Part shown: piece by piece, positions 28,636-37,496 of the stretch | Numbering within the stretch: the first letter of the stretch is position 1 | How the letters are laid out: every line of letters starts with the position of its first letter | NCBI GenBank assembly: GCA_026391075.1 | Contig: JAPLES010000005.1 | Span: 72,660 to 136,659, forward strand | Reading direction: 5' to 3' | Origin: Bacteroidota bacterium | Lineage (GTDB): Bacteria > Bacteroidota > Bacteroidia > Chitinophagales > LD1 | DNA length: 64,000 nt | Notes under the pieces: model-generated | Told to the model about the DNA's origin: nothing | Databases searched by the model: none | Seen by the model: the letters and a program-made list of their open reading frames with translations, nothing else | Made by a program: the position numbers and the translations under genes

Positions 28636-29895
28636 ATGAGAAACCTCTACTCCCTTCTCTGCCTCTCGGTTTTCGTTTTCTTCTTTTCAAATTTACAATC
28701 GCAATGCAGCAATGGTCGTTACTACGACAAAATTTTTTCGCAGTCGTCATCAACAGTTACGTTTGGTAACGCCATGAACTTTGACAGCACCTTTGTCGAT
28801 TTAAAAATGGATATCTATCAACCCACAGGCGATAATTTTTTGCACAGACCGCTGATTGTACTTGCCTTCCCCGGAAGTTTTACAGCGGGCACGCGTTTAA
28901 GCCCCGATATAATTACTATGTGCGATAATTTTTCGCGTAGAGGTTATGTATGTGCTTCTATTGATTACCGACTTGGATTTGAAGGCGGCAGCGATTGCGA
29001 CACCAATCAGTTTAAAGCGTTGATGCGTGCCGTGCAGGATATGAAAGCAGCGGTGCGATTTTTTTATAGGGATGAGCAAACCACCAACACGTTTCGTATT
29101 GATACCAATCAAATTTGGATTGGAGGCAGTTCAGCCGGAGCATTTATAGGATTGAATTACGCTTATGGAAAAGTGGATACGCTATCTCGTTCAGAACCGG
29201 CTTGGGCTCGACCTGCTTTAGATTCCTTAGGCGGACCCGAAGGAAACAGCGGAAACCCAGGTTATGCAAGCAAAGTAAAAGGAGTTATTGATTTGTGTGG
29301 CGCAATTGCCGACACCGTTTGGATGATGCCGGGTGACCCAATTTTAGTTGGTGTTCATGGCACGGCCGATGCGACCGTTTCGTGTTATTTCGATAGCGTG
29401 TATGCATCCACCCATCCCGAAAGTTTGCTCTTTGGTGGTGGCGATATTAAAAACAGACTTGACCATATTCCTTTGAATCATTTTCTGTATTTGTTTCAAG
29501 GAGCCGACCACGTGCCTTATATTTTGCCTATTCCGTTTATACCTCCTGCTTCTAAATACATGGATTCTACGGTTTGGATTGTGCGCGATTTCCTTTTCCA
29601 GAATACAACTTGCGATTCTACGCAGATTTCGGGGGTTGAAGATGTGGCGTATGAAATTTCGGTTTCCGTGTTTCCAAACCCGAGTGATGATGCGACTGTT
29701 ATTTATTCGCATTACAATAATGATTTGACAGCCGAAATTTTTTCGGTAGATGGAAAAATAGTGACAAAAAAAATAGTGCCTGCTCAATCTTCGCAAGAAA
29801 TTTCGAAACAGGAACTGGGAGCAGGAATCTATGTGATTCGGATGACTGACTTGAAAAATTCCATTCACCGAACAGAGCGAATTGTTTTTTACTAA
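28636..29895 (+). CDS. Secreted alpha/beta-hydrolase esterase with T9SS CTD
   Basis: Signal peptide. Nucleophile elbow GGSSAGAF (G-S-S-A-G), acid HGTADATV and His QGADHVPY. C-terminal VSVFPNPSDD...GIYVIRM. Confidence 0.7.
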   Translation: MRNLYSLLCLSVFVFFFSNLQSQCSNGRYYDKIFSQSSSTVTFGNAMNFDSTFVDLKMDIYQPTGDNFLHRPLIVLAFPGSFTAGTRLSPDIITMCDNFSRRGYVCASIDYRLGFEGGSDCDTNQFKALMRAVQDMKAAVRFFYRDEQTTNTFRIDTNQIWIGGSSAGAFIGLNYAYGKVDTLSRSEPAWARPALDSLGGPEGNSGNPGYASKVKGVIDLCGAIADTVWMMPGDPILVGVHGTADATVSCYFDSVYASTHPESLLFGGGDIKNRLDHIPLNHFLYLFQGADHVPYILPIPFIPPASKYMDSTVWIVRDFLFQNTTCDSTQISGVEDVAYEISVSVFPNPSDDATVIYSHYNNDLTAEIFSVDGKIVTKKIVPAQSSQEISKQELGAGIYVIRMTDLKNSIHRTERIVFY

Positions 29896-29943
29896 AATGG
29901 TTTTTCTAATTTACTTTCATTTCTTATCATCGCTTAATAAGAA

Positions 29944-32928
29944 ATGAAAAAATATCTACTCTTGCTTTTTCAAAGCTTCGCTTTTGTCTCTGTTGTTTTC
30001 TCGCAAGAGATTTCGGGAACTCTTTTCGACAAGCAAAACAACGAAGCCCTCATAGGCGCTACCGTTTCGGTAAAGGGAACTGCCACGGGCACTACTACCG
30101 ACATTGATGGAAAGTTTCAATTGAAGGTAATCCAGCAACCACCGCTCACACTTTTGTTTTCATACATAGGTTACACTGCTCAGGAAATAGAAATTAAAAC
30201 AGTTGCAGATTTAAAACGCTCGTTCAACTTGAAACTTGGCACATCAGAAAAGGTTTTGAAAGATGTAGAGATTGTGGACTCGCGCATTACACAAAAACAA
30301 AAAGAATCTCCCCTTACCGTGGAGAGCATGGGTTTGCAGGCAATTAAGCAAACTGCTTCTTCTACTTTTTACGAAGGCCTTGGCGGATTGAAGGGCGTAG
30401 ATATGACGGCCGCTTCAATGGGTTTTGTGATTATCAATACGCGCGGGTTTAATTCCACTTCTCCGGTGCGTTCACTTCAACTCTTAGATGGCGCTGACAA
30501 TCAAGCACCGGGTTTAAATTTTAGTGTGGGAAATTTTGCGGGCGCTACCGAAATTGATATTCAAAAAGTGGATTTGATCGTGGGTGCTTCATCATCATTG
30601 TATGGGCCAAACGCTTTCAACGGGGTGATTAATATGCAAACCAAAAATCCCTTTTTCTATAATGGGTTGACCGTTTTTGTAAAAGGTGGTGAGCGCAATT
30701 TATTTGAAGGCGCGCTGCGTTATGCTAAAGTTTTCAAGAATAAAAACCAGACCGATAAGTTTGCCTTTAAAGTAAACTTCAGTTACCTGAGGGCCGATGA
30801 TTGGGTGGCAGACAATCTCTCGGCATCTACTGGTTCATGGCAACCGAGCACGAACGCAGGAGGATATGATGCCGTTAGCCGCTATGGTGATGAATTATTA
30901 GTGCAAGGGGCAAACAATTACATTTTGTTGGCCCGTACATTTCCAGGGTTGAAACAGTTTTTTAGAACAGGATATTTAGAAAAGGATTTAGTGAACTACA
31001 ACACGCGAAACATAAAAGCAAATGCTTCGGTGCATTATAAGATTACCGATAAAATTGAAATAAAAGCGGCTTACAATTTCGGAACAGGAACTACGGTTTA
31101 TCAGGGCGACAACCGGTACAGTTTGAAAGGTCTTCAATTTCAACAAGCAAAGATTGAGATTTCGCAGCCCGATAAATTTTTCATCCGCGCTTATACCACT
31201 TTAGAAAATTCGGGTAATTCTTATGATGCTGTTTTCACTGCGTTGAAATTGCAGCAATATGCCAGAAGTGATGAAGAGTGGAATACCTATTACACCCGCT
31301 TTTGGACCAACGGTAGCCCTGGTGTTACTGCACCTTCTACCCGCGTAAAAAATCTTCCGGGCTTTCCCAATACAAATTCCTTTGCCTGGATTTATAAATT
31401 TGATTCTACCAATGCGGTGGCTAATGCTGTGTTAGATACCTATCACGATTCGCTTGTGCTTTGGCATCAAATGGCGCGTAATTATGCCGATACCGCTACA
31501 GGGCTTTTTGGTGGGCGCGCCAGACCCGCTCCCGGCTCTCCACTTTTTGATTCTGTGTTCAACGATATTATTTCGCGCACTGCTTTTGAGCAGGGCGGTA
31601 CTTTATTTTATGACCGCTCGAAATTAGTGCATGTGCAAGGAGAGTACAAGTTTACGCCTAAGTTGAAGGGAAAGGAAAATCCGTTTATGGATATTATTGC
31701 CGGTGCCAGTTTCAGAATGTATTTACCCGATTCGAAGGGCACCATTTTTAGCGATACCATTACGAACTACAAAATAAGGAAGAAGATTGATGGTAGTGTA
31801 AGCACGGTAAGCGTGAACGAATTTAATGCTTTGAAAAAAGACGGTTTTGAAGTATTAGATAATATCCGTTATAGAATAAAAAACTGGGAAGTGGGTGGCT
31901 ATTTAAGCCTTTCAAAAAAATTTGATTTTGGAAATGGGAATAAGCATTCCATCATACTTACAGCTACTTGCCGCGTAGACAAAAACCAAAATTTTCCGGT
32001 GATTGCAACTCCAGCAGCATCTATCGTTTATTCGTTCAACAATAAACATACGCTGCGTTTTTCATTTGCCTCAGCTATTCGAAATCCAACATTGCAAGAC
32101 CAATACCTCTATTACAATGTTGGCCGGGCTTTATTGATTGGAAATTTGAATGGCTTCGATTCGCTAGCTACTATTGAATCGGTGCGAGGGTATTTGAATA
32201 GTGCAAGTCCTAAAGATTCTATGATTCATTATGTCAATGTTCCCAAAGTGCGCCCTGAGCAGGTGAAAAGTTTTGAGTTGGGTTACAAAGGCGTAATTGC
32301 CAATAAACTTTTCATTGACGGAAGCGGCTATGTGAGTTTCTACAAATACTTTTTGGGGTATCAAATTGGGCTTACGCTGCAAAATTATGGAACAACCAAA
32401 CAACCTAAACAAGTGTATCGTGTTGCCGCCAATTCGCCCGACCAAATAATGACTTATGGCGTTTCGGTAGGCTTTAATTATTTCTTTATCCGTAATTTTT
32501 CATTGAACGGAAATTACAGTTGGAACAAAATAAATTTGATGGGTTCTACCGACCCAATCATTCCGGCATACAATACTCCTGAACATAAATTTAATGTGGG
32601 TGTGAGCGGCAGTAATATAAAAATGGGCAAGGCAAAAGGCTTCGGATTCAATCTAACTTACAAATGGATTCAAGGTTTTGAGTTTGAAGGCTCACCCCAA
32701 TTTACAGGAGCTATACCTACCTACTCGTTGCTTGATGCACAAATAAACTGGGAGGTGAAAAAGATTTACAGCACCTTTAAATTGGGCGGCTCTAACTTAA
32801 TTTCAAATAGAAATTATCAAGCCTACGGAGGCCCGGGTATTGGCCGATTAATTTATGCTTCGGTGCTTATTGATATTAACTCCGAAGTTTTACAAAAAGG
32901 ATATGATAAGGTAAGGACGAATTGGTAG
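29944..32928 (+). CDS. TonB-dependent outer-membrane receptor with CarboxypepD_reg N-domain
   Basis: The N-domain is ISGTLFDKQNNEALIGATVSVKGTATGTTTDIDGKFQL. A plug region follows, then a long beta-barrel with alternating Y/F/G strands. Length 994 aa. Confidence 0.85.
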   Translation: MKKYLLLLFQSFAFVSVVFSQEISGTLFDKQNNEALIGATVSVKGTATGTTTDIDGKFQLKVIQQPPLTLLFSYIGYTAQEIEIKTVADLKRSFNLKLGTSEKVLKDVEIVDSRITQKQKESPLTVESMGLQAIKQTASSTFYEGLGGLKGVDMTAASMGFVIINTRGFNSTSPVRSLQLLDGADNQAPGLNFSVGNFAGATEIDIQKVDLIVGASSSLYGPNAFNGVINMQTKNPFFYNGLTVFVKGGERNLFEGALRYAKVFKNKNQTDKFAFKVNFSYLRADDWVADNLSASTGSWQPSTNAGGYDAVSRYGDELLVQGANNYILLARTFPGLKQFFRTGYLEKDLVNYNTRNIKANASVHYKITDKIEIKAAYNFGTGTTVYQGDNRYSLKGLQFQQAKIEISQPDKFFIRAYTTLENSGNSYDAVFTALKLQQYARSDEEWNTYYTRFWTNGSPGVTAPSTRVKNLPGFPNTNSFAWIYKFDSTNAVANAVLDTYHDSLVLWHQMARNYADTATGLFGGRARPAPGSPLFDSVFNDIISRTAFEQGGTLFYDRSKLVHVQGEYKFTPKLKGKENPFMDIIAGASFRMYLPDSKGTIFSDTITNYKIRKKIDGSVSTVSVNEFNALKKDGFEVLDNIRYRIKNWEVGGYLSLSKKFDFGNGNKHSIILTATCRVDKNQNFPVIATPAASIVYSFNNKHTLRFSFASAIRNPTLQDQYLYYNVGRALLIGNLNGFDSLATIESVRGYLNSASPKDSMIHYVNVPKVRPEQVKSFELGYKGVIANKLFIDGSGYVSFYKYFLGYQIGLTLQNYGTTKQPKQVYRVAANSPDQIMTYGVSVGFNYFFIRNFSLNGNYSWNKINLMGSTDPIIPAYNTPEHKFNVGVSGSNIKMGKAKGFGFNLTYKWIQGFEFEGSPQFTGAIPTYSLLDAQINWEVKKIYSTFKLGGSNLISNRNYQAYGGPGIGRLIYASVLIDINSEVLQKGYDKVRTNW

Positions 32929-32998
32929 AAACGTATTTTCGGGTTGAAAAAATTAATCTTTACTTCACACCTCATTTTAAAACCAAAACTTAACTACT

Positions 32999-34486
32999 AT
33001 GAAAAAAAATTTACAAACTCTTTTAATTGCCATGCTCCTGATTACCGCATCGGCAACACAAGCGCAGGTAAGATACTTGGACGAAGTGTTTCCTACCGTT
33101 CAAGTAGACACCAGTATTACGTATGCGCAGAACCTCGAATTTTTTACCGGATTTACAGCATTGGCACCACTCGTAATGGACGTTTACCACCCCGCAGGTG
33201 ACACCGCTAAAAACCGTCCTATTATTTTGCTGTCGCACAACGGCTCATTCCTACCCGAAAACCTTACACACGCACTGGTAGGTTTGTGCTTTAACGGAAG
33301 AAAAGATTCTTCTATTGTAGAATTGTGCCAGCGCTTTGCCAAGCGAGGCTATGTAGCTGTTTCGTTTGATTATCGTTTAGGATGGAGCGCAACTTCTGCC
33401 GACCAAATTACTCGTACTAAAACAATTATTCAAGCGGTTTACCGCGCCATGCAGGATGCAAAATCATGTATCCGTTATTTTAAAAACGATTACGCCAATA
33501 ACAACAACTCCTATGGTATTGATACAGGCAAAATTATTCTTGGTGGAAGCAATTCTGGTGCTTATGTAGCTTTAGCGGCTAGTGCATTTAATGATACTAA
33601 TGAGTTTAATAACATAAAGTTTATTGACATCAATGGCTCTTTTGTAAAACAAGATACCATTGGCGATTTTGATGGTTTTGGTGGCGTGCAGAACCACGAC
33701 AACTACCCGGGCATTTCATCGAGATTTGAATGTGTGCTTTCTCTGGGTGGTGCTGTAGGTGATACTTCATGGATTCAACCAGGAGAAACTCCGATACTCG
33801 CTTTCCACGGTGTAAATGAAACAGGAACACAATTCAACACAGGTATCGTAACTACTTCTACGGGTCAGCCGGTAATTGAAGTAAGTGGCCCCGGAGATTT
33901 TATGCCATTTGTAGATGCTGCCGGGAACAACGATGGATTTAAACCAAATAATTTTGGACAAGGTCCACCGAACAGAGATGGACTTGGAACTATTACTACC
34001 CCAATCGAAGGTTTGTATCCTTTCTATGGGCAAAAATTTGAACCATGGAATTGGTTTGATACCGCTTGCTACAATGGCTCAGCACCTATGCTTTCAATAA
34101 CCGGTGGAAACGCTAGCCCTACAAAAGGCAACAGATATATTGATACGATTATGGGCTATTCTTTACCTCGCTTTGTTAAACTCTTTAATTTAGATACAGT
34201 AACAATATTGCCTACAGGAATTAATAATGTAACCAATAACAATGAATTCAGTTTGTTCCCGAATCCAGCAAACAATGAATTAAATATATCGGTAGCTGCT
34301 ACACAGAGACCAATTTCAAACATTCGAATTTTCGATGTTACAGGAAGAATGACTAAAGAAATTACAAAGGTAAATTCCTTTACACAAAAAATAGATGTTA
34401 GCGAAATGAACAGCGGTATCTATCTTGTTTCTCTTCAACTAATCGATGGAACCCTCATAACCCGTAAGTTAGCGATGGAGAAATAA
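32999..34486 (+). CDS. Alpha/beta-hydrolase-fold paralog of 28636-29895 with T9SS CTD, probably catalytically inactive
   Basis: Same fold blocks as the first esterase (DVYHPAGD, FDYRLGW, AMQDAKSCIRYF). The elbow reads GGSNSGAY where the paralog has GGSSAGAF. No His occurs after FHGVNETG. CTD FSLFPNPANNEL...GIYLVSL. Confidence 0.65.
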   Translation: MKKNLQTLLIAMLLITASATQAQVRYLDEVFPTVQVDTSITYAQNLEFFTGFTALAPLVMDVYHPAGDTAKNRPIILLSHNGSFLPENLTHALVGLCFNGRKDSSIVELCQRFAKRGYVAVSFDYRLGWSATSADQITRTKTIIQAVYRAMQDAKSCIRYFKNDYANNNNSYGIDTGKIILGGSNSGAYVALAASAFNDTNEFNNIKFIDINGSFVKQDTIGDFDGFGGVQNHDNYPGISSRFECVLSLGGAVGDTSWIQPGETPILAFHGVNETGTQFNTGIVTTSTGQPVIEVSGPGDFMPFVDAAGNNDGFKPNNFGQGPPNRDGLGTITTPIEGLYPFYGQKFEPWNWFDTACYNGSAPMLSITGGNASPTKGNRYIDTIMGYSLPRFVKLFNLDTVTILPTGINNVTNNNEFSLFPNPANNELNISVAATQRPISNIRIFDVTGRMTKEITKVNSFTQKIDVSEMNSGIYLVSLQLIDGTLITRKLAMEK

Positions 34487-34511
34487 GTTTAAAAAGAACG
34501 ATTTTTTTAAG

Positions 34512-34545
34512 ACAGCGCAGAAAATTTTCTGCGCTGTTTTTATTT
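34512..34545 (+). terminator. Rho-independent terminator
   Basis: Perfect palindrome ACAGCGCAGAAAA/TTTTCTGCGCTGT followed by TTTTTATTT. Confidence 0.65.
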
Positions 34546-34636
34546 GCGGTTTAACTAAATGAGATGGTGATGCCGAATAAATTTTTACGCTTCTTCGAAA
34601 TGGTTATGTTTGTTATGAAAACCTAAATCCAAAAAT

Positions 34637-36280
34637 ATGAATCGAATAATTCTACTCCTTCTTACGCTCAGTCTATCCTTCGGAAAAGCATTTTCTCAAT
34701 GTACTGAAATCAACGAACCCAAAGTGCTTTTAGTGGGTGACAGTTGGGCGTTTTTTATGAACACCGAATCTACCATCAACAGCGTATTTAAAACATGGGG
34801 ACATTCGAATTACAAATTTATTTCCAATGCAACACTCTCGGTGAATGGAGCTCAAACTGACGATTTTCAACAGCCGGGAACGCAGGCTGAAATTTTAAAC
34901 CAGCTAACGCTGAACCCAACTATTGAGGTAGTGCACTTGAGCATAGGGGGCAATGACTTTTTGGGCGATTGGAAGGTAAGCAATACTCAGGCAGAAACCG
35001 ATACTCTAATTGCGCACGTTTTCGTGCGTCTCGATTCGGTTATTCGTTTCATCAAAAGTTGTAAGCCTGGAATCAAAGTTTTGTGGAGCGGATATGTTTA
35101 CACGAATTTTCAGGAAGTAATTTCGGGTGCTGGCGGACTTGGAAGTACGCACCCTTTTTATGGGACTTGGCAAGGAATGGAGTTTCCGACCGCGCTACAG
35201 ATTAACACACTTCAAAACGACCAGTCGGCAAGAATGAATATCTATGCTGCTGCTGACCCACAAGTTGAATATTTTGAAGCCACCGGGCTTATGCAATATC
35301 TCTACGGACAAAATCCAGCCCTCTCCGTACCACCAGGCGGCACTTACCCTCCATATTCAGTTACCATGCCTTTAGGTGATCCAAATTATCCTTCACCAAA
35401 ATCGACCATGCGCGATTACATTTTTACGAAAGATTGCTATCACCTTTCTACACAAGGATACAAAGACTTAATTGGCTACAACACGCAAAAATTTTATCAC
35501 AAGTATTTTATGGATGATTTGTATCTGCTTGCTGAAAACAGCGCACAAACAGGTTCAGTTTCTATGAATGGAGTTGTTACAGATACTTTGTTTTTGGGTG
35601 AAACCGCTGGCGACCAGTTTTCAACTGTACTTTCGTTTAATACTACATCAATGGCTGATACTACTCTCAAAAAAGCAAGTATTTTTTTAAGAAGAAAAGA
35701 ATTAACCGGCACTAATCCAATAACTGGAAGTAGTATTGTAGTTAAAATGAAGAGCGGAAATTTTGGAGCAACGGTAAACGTAGAAGCGGCAGATTATACT
35801 GATGCAGGAGATGCTTCAGGTGCGCCTTGTCTTTTTGGTTCTAACACAGCAAACGGAGATTGGATTCGTTTAGACTTACCTGTTTCTATTCTGTCACATA
35901 TCAATCACAATGCCGCTACACAATTTGTCATTTCTACTCCGGGTGCTTCAAATGGCAGAGTGAGATTTTATGATTCAACTGACCCTGAGCTAGCACCTGT
36001 ATTGAATCTTGCATATGGAGAAACACCATCGGGCATTACTGAAGCTGCTTCGAACAAAGAATTTTACATCTACCCGAACCCAACCAGCGGATTATTGACT
36101 ATTGAGAAAGGAACTGAAACAATCACTCATTTAGAAATTTGCAACTTACTTGGCGAAGTAGTTCTTGTTCCTAATGCGCAACAACATACGATCAATCTTT
36201 CTACTCTTGCAACTGGTATGTATATGCTCAACATTACCACTAAAAACGGTAAGTCGTCACAGCGGGTATTTAAAGACTAA
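34637..36280 (+). CDS. SGNH/GDSL hydrolase with T9SS CTD
   Basis: Block I LLVGDSWAFF, block III SIGGNDFL and block V KDCYHLS (DxxH). C-terminal FYIYPNPTSGLLTIE...GMYMLNI. Confidence 0.72.
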   Translation: MNRIILLLLTLSLSFGKAFSQCTEINEPKVLLVGDSWAFFMNTESTINSVFKTWGHSNYKFISNATLSVNGAQTDDFQQPGTQAEILNQLTLNPTIEVVHLSIGGNDFLGDWKVSNTQAETDTLIAHVFVRLDSVIRFIKSCKPGIKVLWSGYVYTNFQEVISGAGGLGSTHPFYGTWQGMEFPTALQINTLQNDQSARMNIYAAADPQVEYFEATGLMQYLYGQNPALSVPPGGTYPPYSVTMPLGDPNYPSPKSTMRDYIFTKDCYHLSTQGYKDLIGYNTQKFYHKYFMDDLYLLAENSAQTGSVSMNGVVTDTLFLGETAGDQFSTVLSFNTTSMADTTLKKASIFLRRKELTGTNPITGSSIVVKMKSGNFGATVNVEAADYTDAGDASGAPCLFGSNTANGDWIRLDLPVSILSHINHNAATQFVISTPGASNGRVRFYDSTDPELAPVLNLAYGETPSGITEAASNKEFYIYPNPTSGLLTIEKGTETITHLEICNLLGEVVLVPNAQQHTINLSTLATGMYMLNITTKNGKSSQRVFKD

Positions 36281-36285
36281 AACCA

Positions 36286-36315
36286 CCTCCCTAAATCCCT
36301 CCGAAGGAGGGACTT
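36286..36315 (+). repeat. REP-like element, family B (CCCTAAATCCC-hairpin-GGGACTT), copy 1
   Basis: CCTCCCTAAATCCCTCCGAAGGAGGGACTT lies 6 nt after the stop codon. The second copy is on the minus strand at 45139-45165. Confidence 0.5.
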
Positions 36316-36317
36316 GA

Positions 36318-36365
36318 ACAGCCGTCTTTTGATTTACAAATCAGAGGCGGCTGTTTTATTTTTTG
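36318..36365 (+). terminator. Rho-independent terminator candidate
   Basis: ACAGCCGTCT ... AGAGGCGGCTGT imperfect stem followed by TTTTATTTTTT. Confidence 0.55.
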
Positions 36366-36428
36366 GTTTTCATTCTCGAATTCTCACATTCGCGCGATTA
36401 CTAATTTTCAAATTTTCAACTAAGTATT

Positions 36429-37493
36429 ATGTCTCCTCTCACTCGTAAAATTGTCGGCACTTGGTTACTAATTGGTTGTGTAATGGTTTTTTTTCAGGTG
36501 CTCGTTGGTGGTGTAACACGCTTAACTGAATCAGGATTATCCATCACGCAATGGAAACCCTTGAAAGGAATTGTTCCTCCACTCAACAAGCAGGAATGGA
36601 ACGCAGAGTTTGAACTCTACAAACAAAAAGTGCAATACAAAACCATTAACGAAGGAATGGTGTTGAGCGAATTCAAATGGATATTCTTTTGGGAATACTT
36701 CCATCGTTTCTGGGCGCGCTTCATGGGCTTTGTGTTCATCATTCCTTTTGTATTTTTTCTTTGGAAACGTTGGTTCGACAAAAATTTCTTTCGCAAAATA
36801 GGTGTGCTTTTTATCTGGGGCGGCTTGATTGGTGTGTATGGATGGATAATGGTGAAGAGCGGATTGACGGGTACTTTCGTGCCGCCAATTCATTTGAGTA
36901 TTCACTTGGTGCTTGCGCTTAGTTTGTTTGCCTACCTCATATATATGACACTCTCCGTTTATCGTGCAGACTTTGCATCGGACATCGGACATCGGACATC
37001 GGACATCAAGCGTTTAGCTTACGCCATTCTCGCACTTTTATTCTTACAAATTTTTCTGGGCGGCATCGTCTCCGGCATGAAAGCAGGATTAGCGTATCCC
37101 AGTTGGCCCGATATGAATGGACAACTAATTCCTTCCGCTCTTTATCAATTACAACCAAGCGGTGTTGGCTTTACAAATTACAACGCACAGGATTTCTGGG
37201 GAAGAACTTTTATTCAGTTTGCTCACCGCACCATCGCTTATCTACTTATGGTGATGGTTTTTATTTTCTTTTTTAAAAGCAGAAACATAACTCAAGACAA
37301 AATTTTCAAACTCGCGCTAAACCTTTTCCCTGTTTTTGTTTTGCTCCAAGCAACCATCGGAATTATTACCGTGTTGAATTGCGTTGGAAAAATTCCAGTG
37401 TTCTATGGCGTGCTACATCAGGCGGGTGCCATGTTGCTTATTGCAGAAACTGTTTTTGTTATTTTCCATCTCACAAAAACCGAAACAAAATAA
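36429..37493 (+). CDS. ctaA: Heme A synthase (COX15/CtaA family)
   Basis: VGGVTRLTESGLSITQWKP, the FWEYFHRFWARFMG His-containing helix, FAHRTIAYLL and VLHQAGAMLL. Eight TM segments. Confidence 0.85.
   Translation: MSPLTRKIVGTWLLIGCVMVFFQVLVGGVTRLTESGLSITQWKPLKGIVPPLNKQEWNAEFELYKQKVQYKTINEGMVLSEFKWIFFWEYFHRFWARFMGFVFIIPFVFFLWKRWFDKNFFRKIGVLFIWGGLIGVYGWIMVKSGLTGTFVPPIHLSIHLVLALSLFAYLIYMTLSVYRADFASDIGHRTSDIKRLAYAILALLFLQIFLGGIVSGMKAGLAYPSWPDMNGQLIPSALYQLQPSGVGFTNYNAQDFWGRTFIQFAHRTIAYLLMVMVFIFFFKSRNITQDKIFKLALNLFPVFVLLQATIGIITVLNCVGKIPVFYGVLHQAGAMLLIAETVFVIFHLTKTETK
36976..37007. repeat. Tandem heptanucleotide repeat (CATCGGA) x4 plus a partial copy, inside ctaA
   Basis: Direct read gives catcgga catcgga catcgga catcgga catc. 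It encodes SDIGHRTSDI in the central loop between the two four-helix halves. Confidence 0.9.
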
Positions 37494-37496
37494 AGC

